Shown here piece by piece: positions 20,168 to 30,693 of a DNA stretch of 64,000 nt. Origin of the DNA: Spirochaetota bacterium (GTDB lineage Bacteria > Spirochaetota > UBA6919 > CBDBPB01); contig CBDBPB010000004.1 of the NCBI GenBank assembly GCA_965208615.1, positions 320,001 to 384,000 on the forward strand, given 5' to 3'. A model generated the notes under the pieces. It was not told where the DNA came from and did no database searches. It saw nothing but the letters and a program-made list of their open reading frames with translations. Every line of letters starts with the position of its first letter. Position 1 is the stretch's first letter. Position numbers and translations under genes: made by a program.

Positions 20168-21025
20168 ATGCTCGATGACAATATGTTTTTAATTAGATTT
20201 TGGGGAGCTAGAGGGAGTATAGCGGCACCTGGAAAAAATACCATTAAATACGGGGGTAATACTTCATGTGTTGAAGTTCGTTGCGGCAGTAATATTATTA
20301 TTTTTGATGCTGGTACTGGCATAAGAGAACTTGGAAAACATCTTTTAAAGGATATGCCAGTAAAGGCGGATATTTTTATATCCCATGTGCATTGGGATCA
20401 TATTCAAGGTTTTCCTTTTTTTAGTCCTGCATATACTAAGGGTAATAGCTTTAATATTTATGGGCTAGAACAAATTAACATAGAAAAAGTTTTAAAAAGT
20501 CAGATGTCCAATCCTAATTTTCCTATATCTGTTGATGATATGAGTGCAAATATTGAGTTTCATAATTTGATAACTAATGACAGGGTAACATTAAACAATA
20601 TTACCATTGACTATAAACAGCTTAATCATCCAAATACCGTTATTGCATTTAAAGTTAGTTATAACGGTAAATCTATGGTTTATGCAACAGATACCGAACA
20701 TTATAATCATATTGATCCAGAGCTATATAAGCTATCAAAAGATTCTGATGTACTAATTTATGATGCTCAATATATACCCGAGGAGTATGACGGTAGAATA
20801 GGCGTATCAAAAATTGGATGGGGACACTCCACATGGAAAGCAGGAGTAAAAATTGCTAAGGCTGCCAATATAAAACAACTTGTTCTTTTTCACCATGACC
20901 CATCTCATTCTGATGCTTTTATAGACAAAATAAAAGATGAGGCACAAAAAAGCTTTCATAATACCATAGCGGCTTATGAAGGCCTTGAGATAATCCTAAT
21001 TCCAACTAATAGTAAAACAAGCTAG
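20168..21025 (+). CDS. MBL-fold metallohydrolase (RNase Z/phosphodiesterase-like)
   Basis: FWGARGS, YGGNTSC, SHVHWDH, TDTEH, WGHS, FHHDP. Confidence 0.9.
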   Translation: MLDDNMFLIRFWGARGSIAAPGKNTIKYGGNTSCVEVRCGSNIIIFDAGTGIRELGKHLLKDMPVKADIFISHVHWDHIQGFPFFSPAYTKGNSFNIYGLEQINIEKVLKSQMSNPNFPISVDDMSANIEFHNLITNDRVTLNNITIDYKQLNHPNTVIAFKVSYNGKSMVYATDTEHYNHIDPELYKLSKDSDVLIYDAQYIPEEYDGRIGVSKIGWGHSTWKAGVKIAKAANIKQLVLFHHDPSHSDAFIDKIKDEAQKSFHNTIAAYEGLEIILIPTNSKTS

Positions 21026-21197
21026 CCTATTTTTGAATAAAAAGCTAAACAAGCATTTTAATTTATTATTTTAATTTAATAAAAAAGGTATTATTTTTCA
21101 TATAGACTTGTTATAAAAATAAAGATTTTTTTTATTTTTATATTTAAGGGTTATTAGTTGTTATCAAGCTATTAATTTTGGTTATCATAATGAATAC

Positions 21198-21227
21198 AAA
21201 AAAAAGCGGGATTTTAAAATCCCGCTT
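21198..21227 (-). terminator. Intrinsic terminator
   Basis: Perfect palindrome AAGCGGGATTTTAAAATCCCGCTT with U8 tract on the minus strand. Confidence 0.8.
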
Positions 21228-21369
21228 ACCGATAGGCATGTCTTTTTCTCTTTACCCCAACACAACGTATTACGATAAAGAGAACAGATGTTTATTTAGA
21301 GAGGCAAACCATAAAATAATTGAGTAAAACCTAATTTGTTATAATTAACTTTACCAGCTATTTTACTTA
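21198..21369 (-). ncRNA. Candidate small RNA (~170 nt)
   Basis: Sigma70-like promoter upstream, two internal hairpins with G-U pairs on the minus strand, intrinsic terminator, no credible ORF. Confidence 0.5.
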
Positions 21370-21375
21370 ATAGAA

Positions 21376-21404
21376 AGAATAATACTGTTTATTAAGAAAG
21401 TCAA
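21376..21404 (-). promoter_or_regulatory. Sigma70-type promoter
   Basis: TTGACT-17 nt-TATTCT on the minus strand. Confidence 0.5.
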
Positions 21405-21536
21405 AGAGTTTTTTTTATAGCTAAATGTTGATATAATATGCCTATTATTACATTTAACTTATAATTATTCATATAATTATAATAAATATAGCCTTATGAC
21501 TAATGCTGTAGAGTAGTTTATTTTAATAAAAAAATT

Positions 21537-22814
21537 ATGTATTACTTTTTTTTTATACTGTATACTTTTTCACTATGGATAATATATCCAATATTATTAG
21601 TTATTATTTTAATCCGCTGCATAGTTGATAAAAGTAAGTTTAAGACATATTTATATAAGCTGTCTATAAAAACTCCTTTTGTTAAACAGCCCAATATATG
21701 GATACATGGTGTTTCAGCTGGTGAGATTTCATCTATTAGTCGATTGGTATACCTGTTAAAAAAGCGTTATAATATTTTTATAACTACAACCACCAGCTCT
21801 GGCATAGAGATGGCAAAAAAGTTATTTCCTAATCAATGTTTATCATACTATCCATTTGACTATACTATTTTTTGTAAAAGGCTTATAAAAAAGGTTAAGC
21901 CTAAAGCCATAATTTTCATAGAAAGCGAAATATGGCCTAATATACTTAAAACTGCCAAGTCCATGAATGTACCTACTTTTCTAATAAGCGGTCGGATGCC
22001 TGAAAAGGAATATAAAAGATATAGGATACTAAGTTCTTTTTTTAAAGAGGTTTTTAATTTATTCACTCTAATAACCATGCAGTCTGAAGAAGACTTTAAA
22101 AGGATAAAAAGCTTTGGTATAGATAAATCCAAGTTAAAAGTTATAAGGAGTTTAAAGTTTGACTTTAGGCCAAAGGAAAATATTCTTGTTAATTATAAAA
22201 ATAACGGATCACTTATTATAATAGCCTCAAGCACTCATAGACAAGAAGAGGCGTTAATTATTAAAGCTTATAAAGAATTATTAATACTATTTCCTTTTCT
22301 TAAATTATTTATTGCTCCAAGACATCCAAACAGGGCTAGAACCGTTATGAGGATAGCAAAAAGGTATAAACTAGTAACTCGGCTTAGGACTAATGTTAAC
22401 CTTGATGATAACTCCTATAACGTACTAATTATCAACACTATAGGAGAGCTTATAAGTTTTTATAAGATGTCTGATGTTGTAATATTAGGTGGAACATTTA
22501 ACAAGAAAATTGGCGGACATAATCCTATTGAACCATGTTATTTTAATAAAGCTGTTATTGTTGGTCCCTATACATATAACTTTGATTTTATTGTAAAAAA
22601 ACTAATTACTAACAAAGGCATTATACAAATTAAGGTTAATAAGAGTTTTTCTGATAAAAAGGCATACTATACAAATGAGCTTTACTACCATATAAAGAAA
22701 CTATTGAAAGACAAAGCCTTTAGAACTAAGTTATCCAATAATGGATATAATACTATACTTTATTATAGTAATTCTTCTGAAAAGAACGTTGAGCTTATAA
22801 TGCCTTACTTATAA
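21537..22814 (+). CDS. waaA: Kdo transferase
   Basis: IWIHGVSAGE, TTTTSSG, ESEIWPN, LKFD, ASSTH, APRHP, GGHNPIEP. Confidence 0.93.
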   Translation: MYYFFFILYTFSLWIIYPILLVIILIRCIVDKSKFKTYLYKLSIKTPFVKQPNIWIHGVSAGEISSISRLVYLLKKRYNIFITTTTSSGIEMAKKLFPNQCLSYYPFDYTIFCKRLIKKVKPKAIIFIESEIWPNILKTAKSMNVPTFLISGRMPEKEYKRYRILSSFFKEVFNLFTLITMQSEEDFKRIKSFGIDKSKLKVIRSLKFDFRPKENILVNYKNNGSLIIIASSTHRQEEALIIKAYKELLILFPFLKLFIAPRHPNRARTVMRIAKRYKLVTRLRTNVNLDDNSYNVLIINTIGELISFYKMSDVVILGGTFNKKIGGHNPIEPCYFNKAVIVGPYTYNFDFIVKKLITNKGIIQIKVNKSFSDKKAYYTNELYYHIKKLLKDKAFRTKLSNNGYNTILYYSNSSEKNVELIMPYL

Positions 22815-22834
22815 TACCTAACTATATTAATATC

Positions 22835-24208
22835 CTAAAAATTAATACCCCTAGAAAAATCCCTAAGTGTATTATCCCTCGCACCCATAACCAGTATAGC
22901 TTGCTTATCAGATAATAAAGTGGGATTTCTATTTAAAAAGTTAATAATATCCTCTCTGCTATAAAAAAAATAAGCTAACTTATCCCCTTTGTTAATAGCC
23001 TCCACAATCTCCCTAGAAGATATATCCCTATCCACCGTACCACCCTGATACAATATCTCAGTAATAAATATAATATCTTTATCAGTAAGGCAATCAGTAA
23101 AAGTCTTTATATAGTCATCCCTCATAAGCCTTGTAGGAGCAAATCCATGAGGCTGGAATATAACTATAATACCCTCTCTATCAATCCTAACGCACTCTAT
23201 GGAAGCCCTAATCTTTGACGGATTATGTGCATAATCACTTATAATATCTATTCCTTTTATAGTATTAACAATGTTAAGTCGCCCTTCTACTCCCTTAAAG
23301 CCCAATATAGAGTCCTTAATTATATCCCTTTTGATATTTAAAATATCACCAACAATAATAGACGGTATACAATTTAAAATATTATGATAACCAGAAATAC
23401 TAAGCCTAAAACCGTCTTTATTAAGTGAAAAGCTGGATGAGTCCTTATTAAGAAGAATATCGCCTATAACATAATCCGCACTTTTGTCTAAGCCAAAACT
23501 AATAATATTCTTATTAGCAAAGCTATGGGCAATATTACGAGTATGCAGACAATCAGCATTTATTATAAGATAATCCTTTGTATTATTAGCAAAACTCGTA
23601 AATAAAGAATATAATTCCTCAATAGGCTTGTGATCCAGATCAATATTAGTAATAATGGATATATTAGGTATATATTTTACTAAAGTACCATCACTTTCAT
23701 CAGCCTCTATAACTATATGTTTGGTCTTTCCGCAATAAGCATTGCCTATTAAACCCATCTCACAAAAGTTTATAGCCTTCCCACCGTTTATCATCTTAGG
23801 GTCAAAGTTGCTCCTATACAGCATATAGCCAAGAAATGCACAACTAGTTGTCTTACCACTAGTACCAGATATAGCAATCCCATAACCCTTGTTGAATATA
23901 GTAGCCAGCATATCAGAACGATGAATGCAAGTAATATTAAGTTCCTTAGCCTTTTGTAAGTCAGGTATATTGCTCTCTATCGAACTGGAGTATATAACCA
24001 AATTAGTATTTTTATCAATTCCACTCCCATCCTGCTTGTGTATTTTTATGTTAATGTTTTCCAGTAAAGCCTTAAACTCTAAATCAATATTATTATCAAA
24101 AGCCCTGTCTGAACCACTAACTTCATAGTCATCCAATAAAACCTGGGCAATAGCACTCATCCCTATCCCAGCAATACCAATAAAATGAACCTTATCCTTG
24201 AATAACAT
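22835..24208 (-). CDS. murC: UDP-N-acetylmuramate--L-alanine ligase (MurC/Mpl family)
   Basis: HFIGIAGIGMS, GTSGKTT, EADESD, DYAHNP, FQPH. Confidence 0.8.
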   Translation of the reverse strand: MLFKDKVHFIGIAGIGMSAIAQVLLDDYEVSGSDRAFDNNIDLEFKALLENINIKIHKQDGSGIDKNTNLVIYSSSIESNIPDLQKAKELNITCIHRSDMLATIFNKGYGIAISGTSGKTTSCAFLGYMLYRSNFDPKMINGGKAINFCEMGLIGNAYCGKTKHIVIEADESDGTLVKYIPNISIITNIDLDHKPIEELYSLFTSFANNTKDYLIINADCLHTRNIAHSFANKNIISFGLDKSADYVIGDILLNKDSSSFSLNKDGFRLSISGYHNILNCIPSIIVGDILNIKRDIIKDSILGFKGVEGRLNIVNTIKGIDIISDYAHNPSKIRASIECVRIDREGIIVIFQPHGFAPTRLMRDDYIKTFTDCLTDKDIIFITEILYQGGTVDRDISSREIVEAINKGDKLAYFFYSREDIINFLNRNPTLLSDKQAILVMGARDNTLRDFSRGINF

Positions 24209-24255
24209 ATTATAAATAATCCGCTAAGAATAACATATTATAAATAATCCGCTAA
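24200..24255. repeat. Exact 28-bp tandem duplication covering the murC translation start
   Basis: GAATAACATATTATAAATAATCCGCTAA x2. Confidence 0.9.
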
Positions 24256-25202
24256 AAAGCCTTTTGACCAAAGTTATCACAAAAACGCTTATTAAATAAA
24301 TCTATACTATAACTAAAAGTTTGAGTTCCGTATTCCTCAACAGCATAGGCAGAAGAAGTAGATCCAATCTTAGCCGCATAACAAATATCATCAGATAACA
24401 AAAGTCCTTTAATTAAACCTCCACGATAAGCATCACCAGCACCAGTGGGATCCTTAACATCATAAGCCTTTACTACAGGGATATTAACCGACTTTAATTT
24501 AAAGTTATCCATAAACTGTACTATAGAACCGTATTCACCTTTTGTTGTTATAACTATTTTTGTAGCTTTTATAATGTCCTCCAAAGACATAGATGTTTTC
24601 TCCATAGTTAACTGCAATTCATAATCATTGCTTATGAATATCTTAGCCCCCTCTACAGCCTCTAATAGCTTATTCTTATTCCAGGCTGGAAGTGACTGTC
24701 CAGGATCAAAAATATAATCTATTCCTTTTTCTTTATATATTTTTGCAAACTTATGCATATCATTTAAATTACCAGGTCCAATAAGGGCAATAGTACTATT
24801 AGGCTGAATAGAAGTAAAATCAAAATCAGCACTATAATTCATCGCTCCGGGGTTAAATGTGGTAATCTGATTATCCAGCTGATCAGTGGTAATATAAGCA
24901 CCAGCCGTTAATACCTCCTCTATAATCTTAATATTATTAGTATTTATGTTATGTTTTTTCATCCACGCTTTGTAGGAGCCAAAATCACGACCAGCAGTGG
25001 CTATAATTGTAGGATTCTCTCCCAATAAAGAAAGGGTATAGGCAATATTCCCGGCAGTTCCTCCAAAGTTCTCTTTTAGGTCATTTACCATAAAAGAAAC
25101 GTTTAGAATGTGAAGTTTATGGGATAGAATATGATCTGAGAACTTACCCGGAAAATCCATAATTCTATCATAGGCAATAGAACCCGATATTAATATATCC
25201 AT
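24252..25202 (-). CDS. PfkB-family kinase (adenosine kinase-like)
   Basis: GSIAYD, GGTAGNIAY, DPGQ, DPTGAGDAYRGG. Confidence 0.9.
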   Translation of the reverse strand: MDILISGSIAYDRIMDFPGKFSDHILSHKLHILNVSFMVNDLKENFGGTAGNIAYTLSLLGENPTIIATAGRDFGSYKAWMKKHNINTNNIKIIEEVLTAGAYITTDQLDNQITTFNPGAMNYSADFDFTSIQPNSTIALIGPGNLNDMHKFAKIYKEKGIDYIFDPGQSLPAWNKNKLLEAVEGAKIFISNDYELQLTMEKTSMSLEDIIKATKIVITTKGEYGSIVQFMDNFKLKSVNIPVVKAYDVKDPTGAGDAYRGGLIKGLLLSDDICYAAKIGSTSSAYAVEEYGTQTFSYSIDLFNKRFCDNFGQKAF

Positions 25203-25251
25203 TATCTTAATCCTTATTATTTTTTAGCTAATTTAATAATGTTAGTCTTTG

Positions 25252-26660
25252 TTACCAGCTATGTTTGCGAGTTTTTGCTTTTTTATTTAAGTAATCCCAA
25301 GCCTTTTTTAGGGGTTTATCATAATCCATGTCTATTATTGTTTCGTAGCTTAAACTATACTTCTCTTTTTTCAAATGCTTTATAACAATAGCCTTTTTTA
25401 GTGCTATACCCCGTTGTTTAATTATTTTCATAAAGTTATCCACGTCATTATCAGAAAGCTCTTTATGATTTTTAACATAATCTTTAACTAGCTTGCTTTT
25501 ATAAAGCCTTATAACATAATACTTTTCATCAATACTTAATTTTGGCTTTTGTATTTCAATATCAGGCTTAAGACCTTTTCTGTCAATAGCCCTATTCTTT
25601 GGAGTAAACCACTTCGAATGAGTAATCTTAAAACCTATAGTAGGTTTTACCTCAGATGCCATATAAGACTGTACAGAACCCTTTCCATAAGTTTTTGATC
25701 CAATTGCTATACCCCGTTTATGATCCTGAATTGCTCCCAAAAAGATCTCAGATGCAGAAGCACTATTACCATTGACCAACACAACAAGAGGAATATTAGG
25801 TAATATAGTATAGTTATTATCAGAGTATAAATGCGTTTTATATTTTTCATCTTTTTCTCTCATAGACAATATCTTTTTATCATCAGATAAAAAAAAGTTT
25901 GTTATATAAATACACTCTAATAAATCACCTCCCAGATTATTTCTTATATCAAATATCAGGCCTTTAACGGCCTTCCCCCTTAAGCTGATAAGTGCCTTTC
26001 TAACAGATTTAGAAGAATTATTACTAAAACTCCTAAGCCTAATATATCCAATATTATTTTTAAGCACCTTATACTCAACAATAATGGGCTTTATAATTTG
26101 CCTTGTAATAGTTTTGTTTATTATTTTTTTATTTTTAGCCAGTTTAATAGTCAGTTTTACCTTAGAACCTGGTTTTCCCCTTAGTTTATCCACGATTTTT
26201 TGTAGTGATAGCTTGCTTATAAAACTACCATTTACTTTTATAATACCATCCCCTGGCTTTAGTCCAGCTCTTTTAGCAGGTGAATCAGGAAATATATAGC
26301 TAATTACCAACTTATCAGTTGTTTTTGTGAAAGAAAAACCTATTCCCCCAAAATATCCCTTTAGTCCTGTATCTAATAATCTAAAGGTATTGTCATCAAG
26401 AAAGTTGGAATAAGGATCTTCAAGAGCATCAAACATCCCCTTAAGGCACCGTAGTACAGTTTTTTATCATCCACTTTGTCTATATCTACATAATTATTTT
26501 TAACAATGTTGTATGCCTCAAAAAATAACGATAAATACTTATTCTTTTTTAATGGCTCTTCTCCACGATTAATGGAACTACCACAATATCTACCACTTAA
26601 TAACAATATTATTAAACTTATAAATAAAAACCTTTGCTTATTTAATAAAACATTTTTCAT
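25252..26660 (-). CDS. ctpA: S41 C-terminal processing protease with a 1-nt frameshift near 26437-26440
   Basis: LYYGALRG|MFDALEDPYS joins the two ORFs; PDZ GIG, DIRNNLGG, SASASE, GKGSVQ. Confidence 0.88.
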
Positions 26661-27147
26661 AAATAGTCCCAGCTGTAGTAATAATCCTAAAATAAAGCAT
26701 AAACGGTTTTATTAACAACAACGAAAGTATATAATTCCAGTTATAAAAAGACCAATATTTATGTTATTAAAAGTTCTAATATTTTAAGTAAAAGACATTA
26801 AAATGGTTGCTAACTCCCTAAAATATACCTAAAACTTAGCTAAATTTAGAATTAAAAAAAGTTTTTTTTAAAAGCGAAAACCTTATATATCGGCTATAAA
26901 TGTTAGTATACTTTTTGATCTAAATTTGTTAGTTTTTCTTTAGTAACACTTTTTATCTAAAAAATTAAAATATTTACTAAAGTATATATCCTGTTTTTTT
27001 TTAAATTTTACTTTTCCTTTAAAATAATTTAGTTATCTTATTTATAAATATATTGATAGCTTTATAAGTGCAGTTAGCAGTCCTGTAGTAAGTTTCAACT
27101 TAAAAACTGCCAATATAATAAAATAACCTGACAATAGAGGAGGTATA

Positions 27148-27564
27148 ATGACTATATCAGTATTGCTTTTTATTATATGTTTACTAGCCGGGTTTATTGT
27201 AAGTTATAATTATCTGGCGGAAAAGTTTTCACAGTTAGATCAAATTAAAGACATTGTTAACTCAACCCGTATCTATATTGGCATTGCTGGAATAATAATT
27301 GGTTTTTGGTCCATATTAAGACAAGATATTATTTATGATTTATTCCCAGCAATATTTTCTATCGCATCAGGGTTAGTATTGGCTACAGTTGTATTTAAGT
27401 ATTTCAATTTATCTGCAGATCATGATAAATCAGAAGAAAGAAAATCAAAAATTCAAGATGCTCTTGAAAAATATAATACCTTAATCGGTTTTGGTACTTT
27501 AATATTTGCCATTGTACACCTTATTGATCTAATTGTTGCAAGTGGAGAAATTCCTTTTATATAA
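27148..27564 (+). CDS. Hypothetical membrane protein
   Basis: Four hydrophobic segments, GAGGAGG RBS. Confidence 0.7.
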   Translation: MTISVLLFIICLLAGFIVSYNYLAEKFSQLDQIKDIVNSTRIYIGIAGIIIGFWSILRQDIIYDLFPAIFSIASGLVLATVVFKYFNLSADHDKSEERKSKIQDALEKYNTLIGFGTLIFAIVHLIDLIVASGEIPFI

Positions 27565-27567
27565 ACA

Positions 27568-27873
27568 ATGAAAGTGACAAGGTGGAATAAGGATAAAATC
27601 CTTAATATTGTCAAGTTAGAATGTGAGTTAAAAAAAGAAGGATTAAAGCCATTTGTGTGGCAGGATGAAGCTGGTACTTATTATCCAGCCCATTCTCATT
27701 CTTATGAAGAGATAAGATGGGTCTTAAGAGGCGCTATTACTTTTGGAGTCAACGGAAAGGAAATAACTTTATATTCTGGAGACCGTATTGACTTGCCAGC
27801 AAATACTGTTCATTATGCCAAAATGTCTGACAAAGAAAAAACAGTTTATTTGTGTGCCTCAGTAAAGCAATGA
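27568..27873 (+). CDS. Cupin domain protein
   Basis: HSHSYEE, GDRIDLPANTVH. Confidence 0.85.
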   Translation: MKVTRWNKDKILNIVKLECELKKEGLKPFVWQDEAGTYYPAHSHSYEEIRWVLRGAITFGVNGKEITLYSGDRIDLPANTVHYAKMSDKEKTVYLCASVKQ

Positions 27874-28562
27874 TTCTTGCTTCTATACTAGTTAATGCCA
27901 AGTTTATAGAGAGGGTTAATCGATATTTAGGCCTTGTTAATATAGATAATAAACCTATAGAGGTGTTTATCCCTAACCCTGGTAGGATGAAAGAGCTTTT
28001 ATTACCTAATACGCCTATAAAATTGAGGCCTGTTCATAATAAGAATCGTAAAACTGCTTATGACCTTGTCCTAGTTAGCCATAATAATGACTGGGTGTGT
28101 ATTGATAGTGGTATACCTAATAAGTTGTTATACGATTGTCTTATTAAAAAAGAGATTGAGGAATTTAAAAATTATACTTATATAAAAAAAGAATATCCTT
28201 ATTTAAATAGTCGCTTTGACTTTTTTTTATCGGGAAATACTAAACCTTGTTTTATTGAGGCAAAATCATGTACTCTAATGGTAAATAATGTAGCATTATT
28301 CCCTGATGCCCCTACTAAAAGGGGGTCTAAACATCTATACCATCTTGTAGATGCTTTTAAAAATGGATATAATGCTTATGTTGTAGTTATTATCCAAAGA
28401 GAGGGAGCTAAGATTTTTTCTCCTAATAGAAATACTGACCCTAACTTTGCTAATGCAATGAAGTTTGCTGTTAAAGAAGGGGTTAAGGTTATGGCATTTT
28501 CTACTAAAATTAAAGATAATGAAATAGTAATCACTAAATCTATTAGGACTCGCCTTGAATAA
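27870..28562 (+). CDS. sfsA: SfsA DNA/RNA nuclease-family protein
   Basis: PNPGRMKEL, SRFDF, EAKSCTL, FPDAPTKRGSKHL; ATGA overlap with cupin stop. Confidence 0.92.
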   Translation: MILASILVNAKFIERVNRYLGLVNIDNKPIEVFIPNPGRMKELLLPNTPIKLRPVHNKNRKTAYDLVLVSHNNDWVCIDSGIPNKLLYDCLIKKEIEEFKNYTYIKKEYPYLNSRFDFFLSGNTKPCFIEAKSCTLMVNNVALFPDAPTKRGSKHLYHLVDAFKNGYNAYVVVIIQREGAKIFSPNRNTDPNFANAMKFAVKEGVKVMAFSTKIKDNEIVITKSIRTRLE

Positions 28563-30228
28563 CATGGACAAATTAAAACATTTAATTCTTATTATAGTTT
28601 ATATTGCCCTTGCTCTATGTATCACTATACTTTTTCCTTTTATAAGGATAGAGTGGATTTTTGTATTATCCATTATTCCTATAGGGATAATTACTTTTTT
28701 TTATGTTAAAGATTTTAAGCTTTTTTATTCTTTACTATCCGCCTGCTTAACAGTTTTGAGCTTCCCCGATATTGACTATTGGTTTTTGATGTTTTTTTCA
28801 TTCATCCCTATTTTTTTTATTATACCAAATACTAAATCGTATAAGTCTGCTTTATTCTTTGGAATTATAACTGGAATAACTACTTTATATGGAGGCTTTT
28901 ATTGGCTTATTCATACTCTTGAGGTCTTTGGAGGAATTAGTAAAGAATTAGCTACTCCTATTTTTATACTTTATTCAGTTTTTTTTAGTTTAAAATTCCC
29001 TCTAATATTTATTGGGCTTAGGTGGATAAATAATAATTTAAGGATTAGTAAGCTAATCACCTATCCTATTGTTATTACTATAGCTGATTTCTTAGTTATA
29101 GAATTATTCCCGTGGTATTTTGGCAGTTCTCAGTATAAAAATATTTATTTTATTCAGATTGCTGAAATAACTGGTGTTATTGGCATTACTTATCTTATTG
29201 CTTTTTTTAATACTCTTATTTATACGGTTTATTTATCGTTAAAGGAAAAGAGAGTATTACCTCGTAAAGAGATTTTTATAGGTATTGGATTATTAATTTT
29301 TATTTATGGTTTTGGCATTATACGAATAGACCAAGTAATTGAAGCTCAAAAAACTTCTAAGCCAATACGAGTTGGGTTGGTTCAGCCTAACACTCCTATG
29401 GGTAAAACTAAAGACGTAAATAAAGTATATAAGGTCATTTCGGTTAACTCTATTAACTTACTTAAAGATAAAAAATTAGATTTACTTATATGGCCTGAGT
29501 CTGCCGCATCTTTTTCTTATAGGTTTGGTGTTGGGGATAGGTTTATAAAGCTTATTGATAACCTTGCTAAAACCTATAAAACCTCTATATTCTTTGGAGA
29601 TTCAGATTATAAACGCGAAAAGGGTAAGAGAACTAAAGTTTATAATTCTGCAAGTCTCATTTTACCCGATCTATCCCTCTCAAAGCCGTACCATAAGGTT
29701 TATCCCCTTGCATTTGGAGAATATTTACCTTTAGGTGAATGGTTTCCTCAGTTATACGACTATGATATTGTAAAAAATGTTGGTAAATTCTCAAAAGGAG
29801 AATCCATTGAAATATTTGATATGAATAAGGCAAAGCTAGCACCTCAAATATGTTATGAGATTATTATTCCATCTTTTACAAGGCAGTTTATAAATAAGGG
29901 TGCTAATGTTATTGTTAACATAACTAATGATGTATGGTTTGGTAACACTAAAGCCTCAAAACAGCATCTTGTTTTAGCACTTTTTAGGGCTGTTGAAAAC
30001 CGTACTCCTATTGTTAGGTCTACTAACTCTGGTATATCTACTTTTATAAACCCTGTGGGAGAGATAGTCACAAGAGAAACTCCCTTATACACTACTGATA
30101 CATTAACTCATACCATTAGGACTGCAAATATAAAAACATTCTATACTAAATTTGGAGATATTTTTGCATATATTATTAGTGCTATGGGTCTTTTATTATT
30201 CATCTTTAAAAAATATATTAAGCATTAA
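28555..30228 (+). CDS. lnt: Apolipoprotein N-acyltransferase
   Basis: VQPN, IWPES, K...FGEYLP, ICYE, TNDVWF, RAVE, NSGIS. Confidence 0.95.
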   Translation: MNNMDKLKHLILIIVYIALALCITILFPFIRIEWIFVLSIIPIGIITFFYVKDFKLFYSLLSACLTVLSFPDIDYWFLMFFSFIPIFFIIPNTKSYKSALFFGIITGITTLYGGFYWLIHTLEVFGGISKELATPIFILYSVFFSLKFPLIFIGLRWINNNLRISKLITYPIVITIADFLVIELFPWYFGSSQYKNIYFIQIAEITGVIGITYLIAFFNTLIYTVYLSLKEKRVLPRKEIFIGIGLLIFIYGFGIIRIDQVIEAQKTSKPIRVGLVQPNTPMGKTKDVNKVYKVISVNSINLLKDKKLDLLIWPESAASFSYRFGVGDRFIKLIDNLAKTYKTSIFFGDSDYKREKGKRTKVYNSASLILPDLSLSKPYHKVYPLAFGEYLPLGEWFPQLYDYDIVKNVGKFSKGESIEIFDMNKAKLAPQICYEIIIPSFTRQFINKGANVIVNITNDVWFGNTKASKQHLVLALFRAVENRTPIVRSTNSGISTFINPVGEIVTRETPLYTTDTLTHTIRTANIKTFYTKFGDIFAYIISAMGLLLFIFKKYIKH

Positions 30229-30375
30229 GTTTTATAACTGCCTTTTTTTATCATATAATTGTATTTCGCATGATGAACCTAGTAGTTTTAATGCCCTTAT
30301 ATACAATTTGTTAGTTGAGGCAAAGGATATGAGTGTTAAATTAGTTAAGAGATTTTTTTTAAAACGATCTTACAA

Positions 30376-30412
30376 TTGGCTATCATAAAAGGGGTATGAT
30401 AGCCAAGTTTTT
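30376..30412 (+). terminator. Hairpin / intrinsic terminator
   Basis: TTGGCTATCATA-7 nt-TATGATAGCCAA followed by GTTTTT. Confidence 0.65.
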
Positions 30413-30466
30413 GTTATTTTTACAATATTTCAGCTATTGGTCTTGGAACCCTAAGGAGATAGAATT

Positions 30467-30682
30467 ATGTTTATCAAAATGTTTGACGGTTCAAGCGTAA
30501 AAGAGGTTGAAAGCAAGGTTAACGATTATTTAGAAAAAAGTATGCCTGATGATCATGATTTCTATCACCTTGTTCAAACTGAAGGTTTAACTGAGTTAGA
30601 AGGGCAATTAGAGCGTAGGATCACTATAACATTAATTTTTACAAATAAATTTTATGATTTTACAGAAGAAAATGATATTTAA
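30467..30682 (+). CDS. Small protein, Cse60/DUF2758-like
   Basis: IKMFD...EVESKVNDYL pattern; AAGGAG RBS. Confidence 0.55.
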   Translation: MFIKMFDGSSVKEVESKVNDYLEKSMPDDHDFYHLVQTEGLTELEGQLERRITITLIFTNKFYDFTEENDI

Positions 30683-30693
30683 AGGGATAAGGT

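Noticed and set aside
21301-21360. c-di-GMP-I riboswitch (GGCAAACCAU on + strand)
   Set aside because: No GNRA-capped P2 or GACGCAAAG/P3 elements follow
30240-30412. Riboswitch ahead of the hairpin terminator
   Set aside because: Only a weak AT-rich stem and no known aptamer consensus; the hairpin is explained as the terminator of the lnt operon
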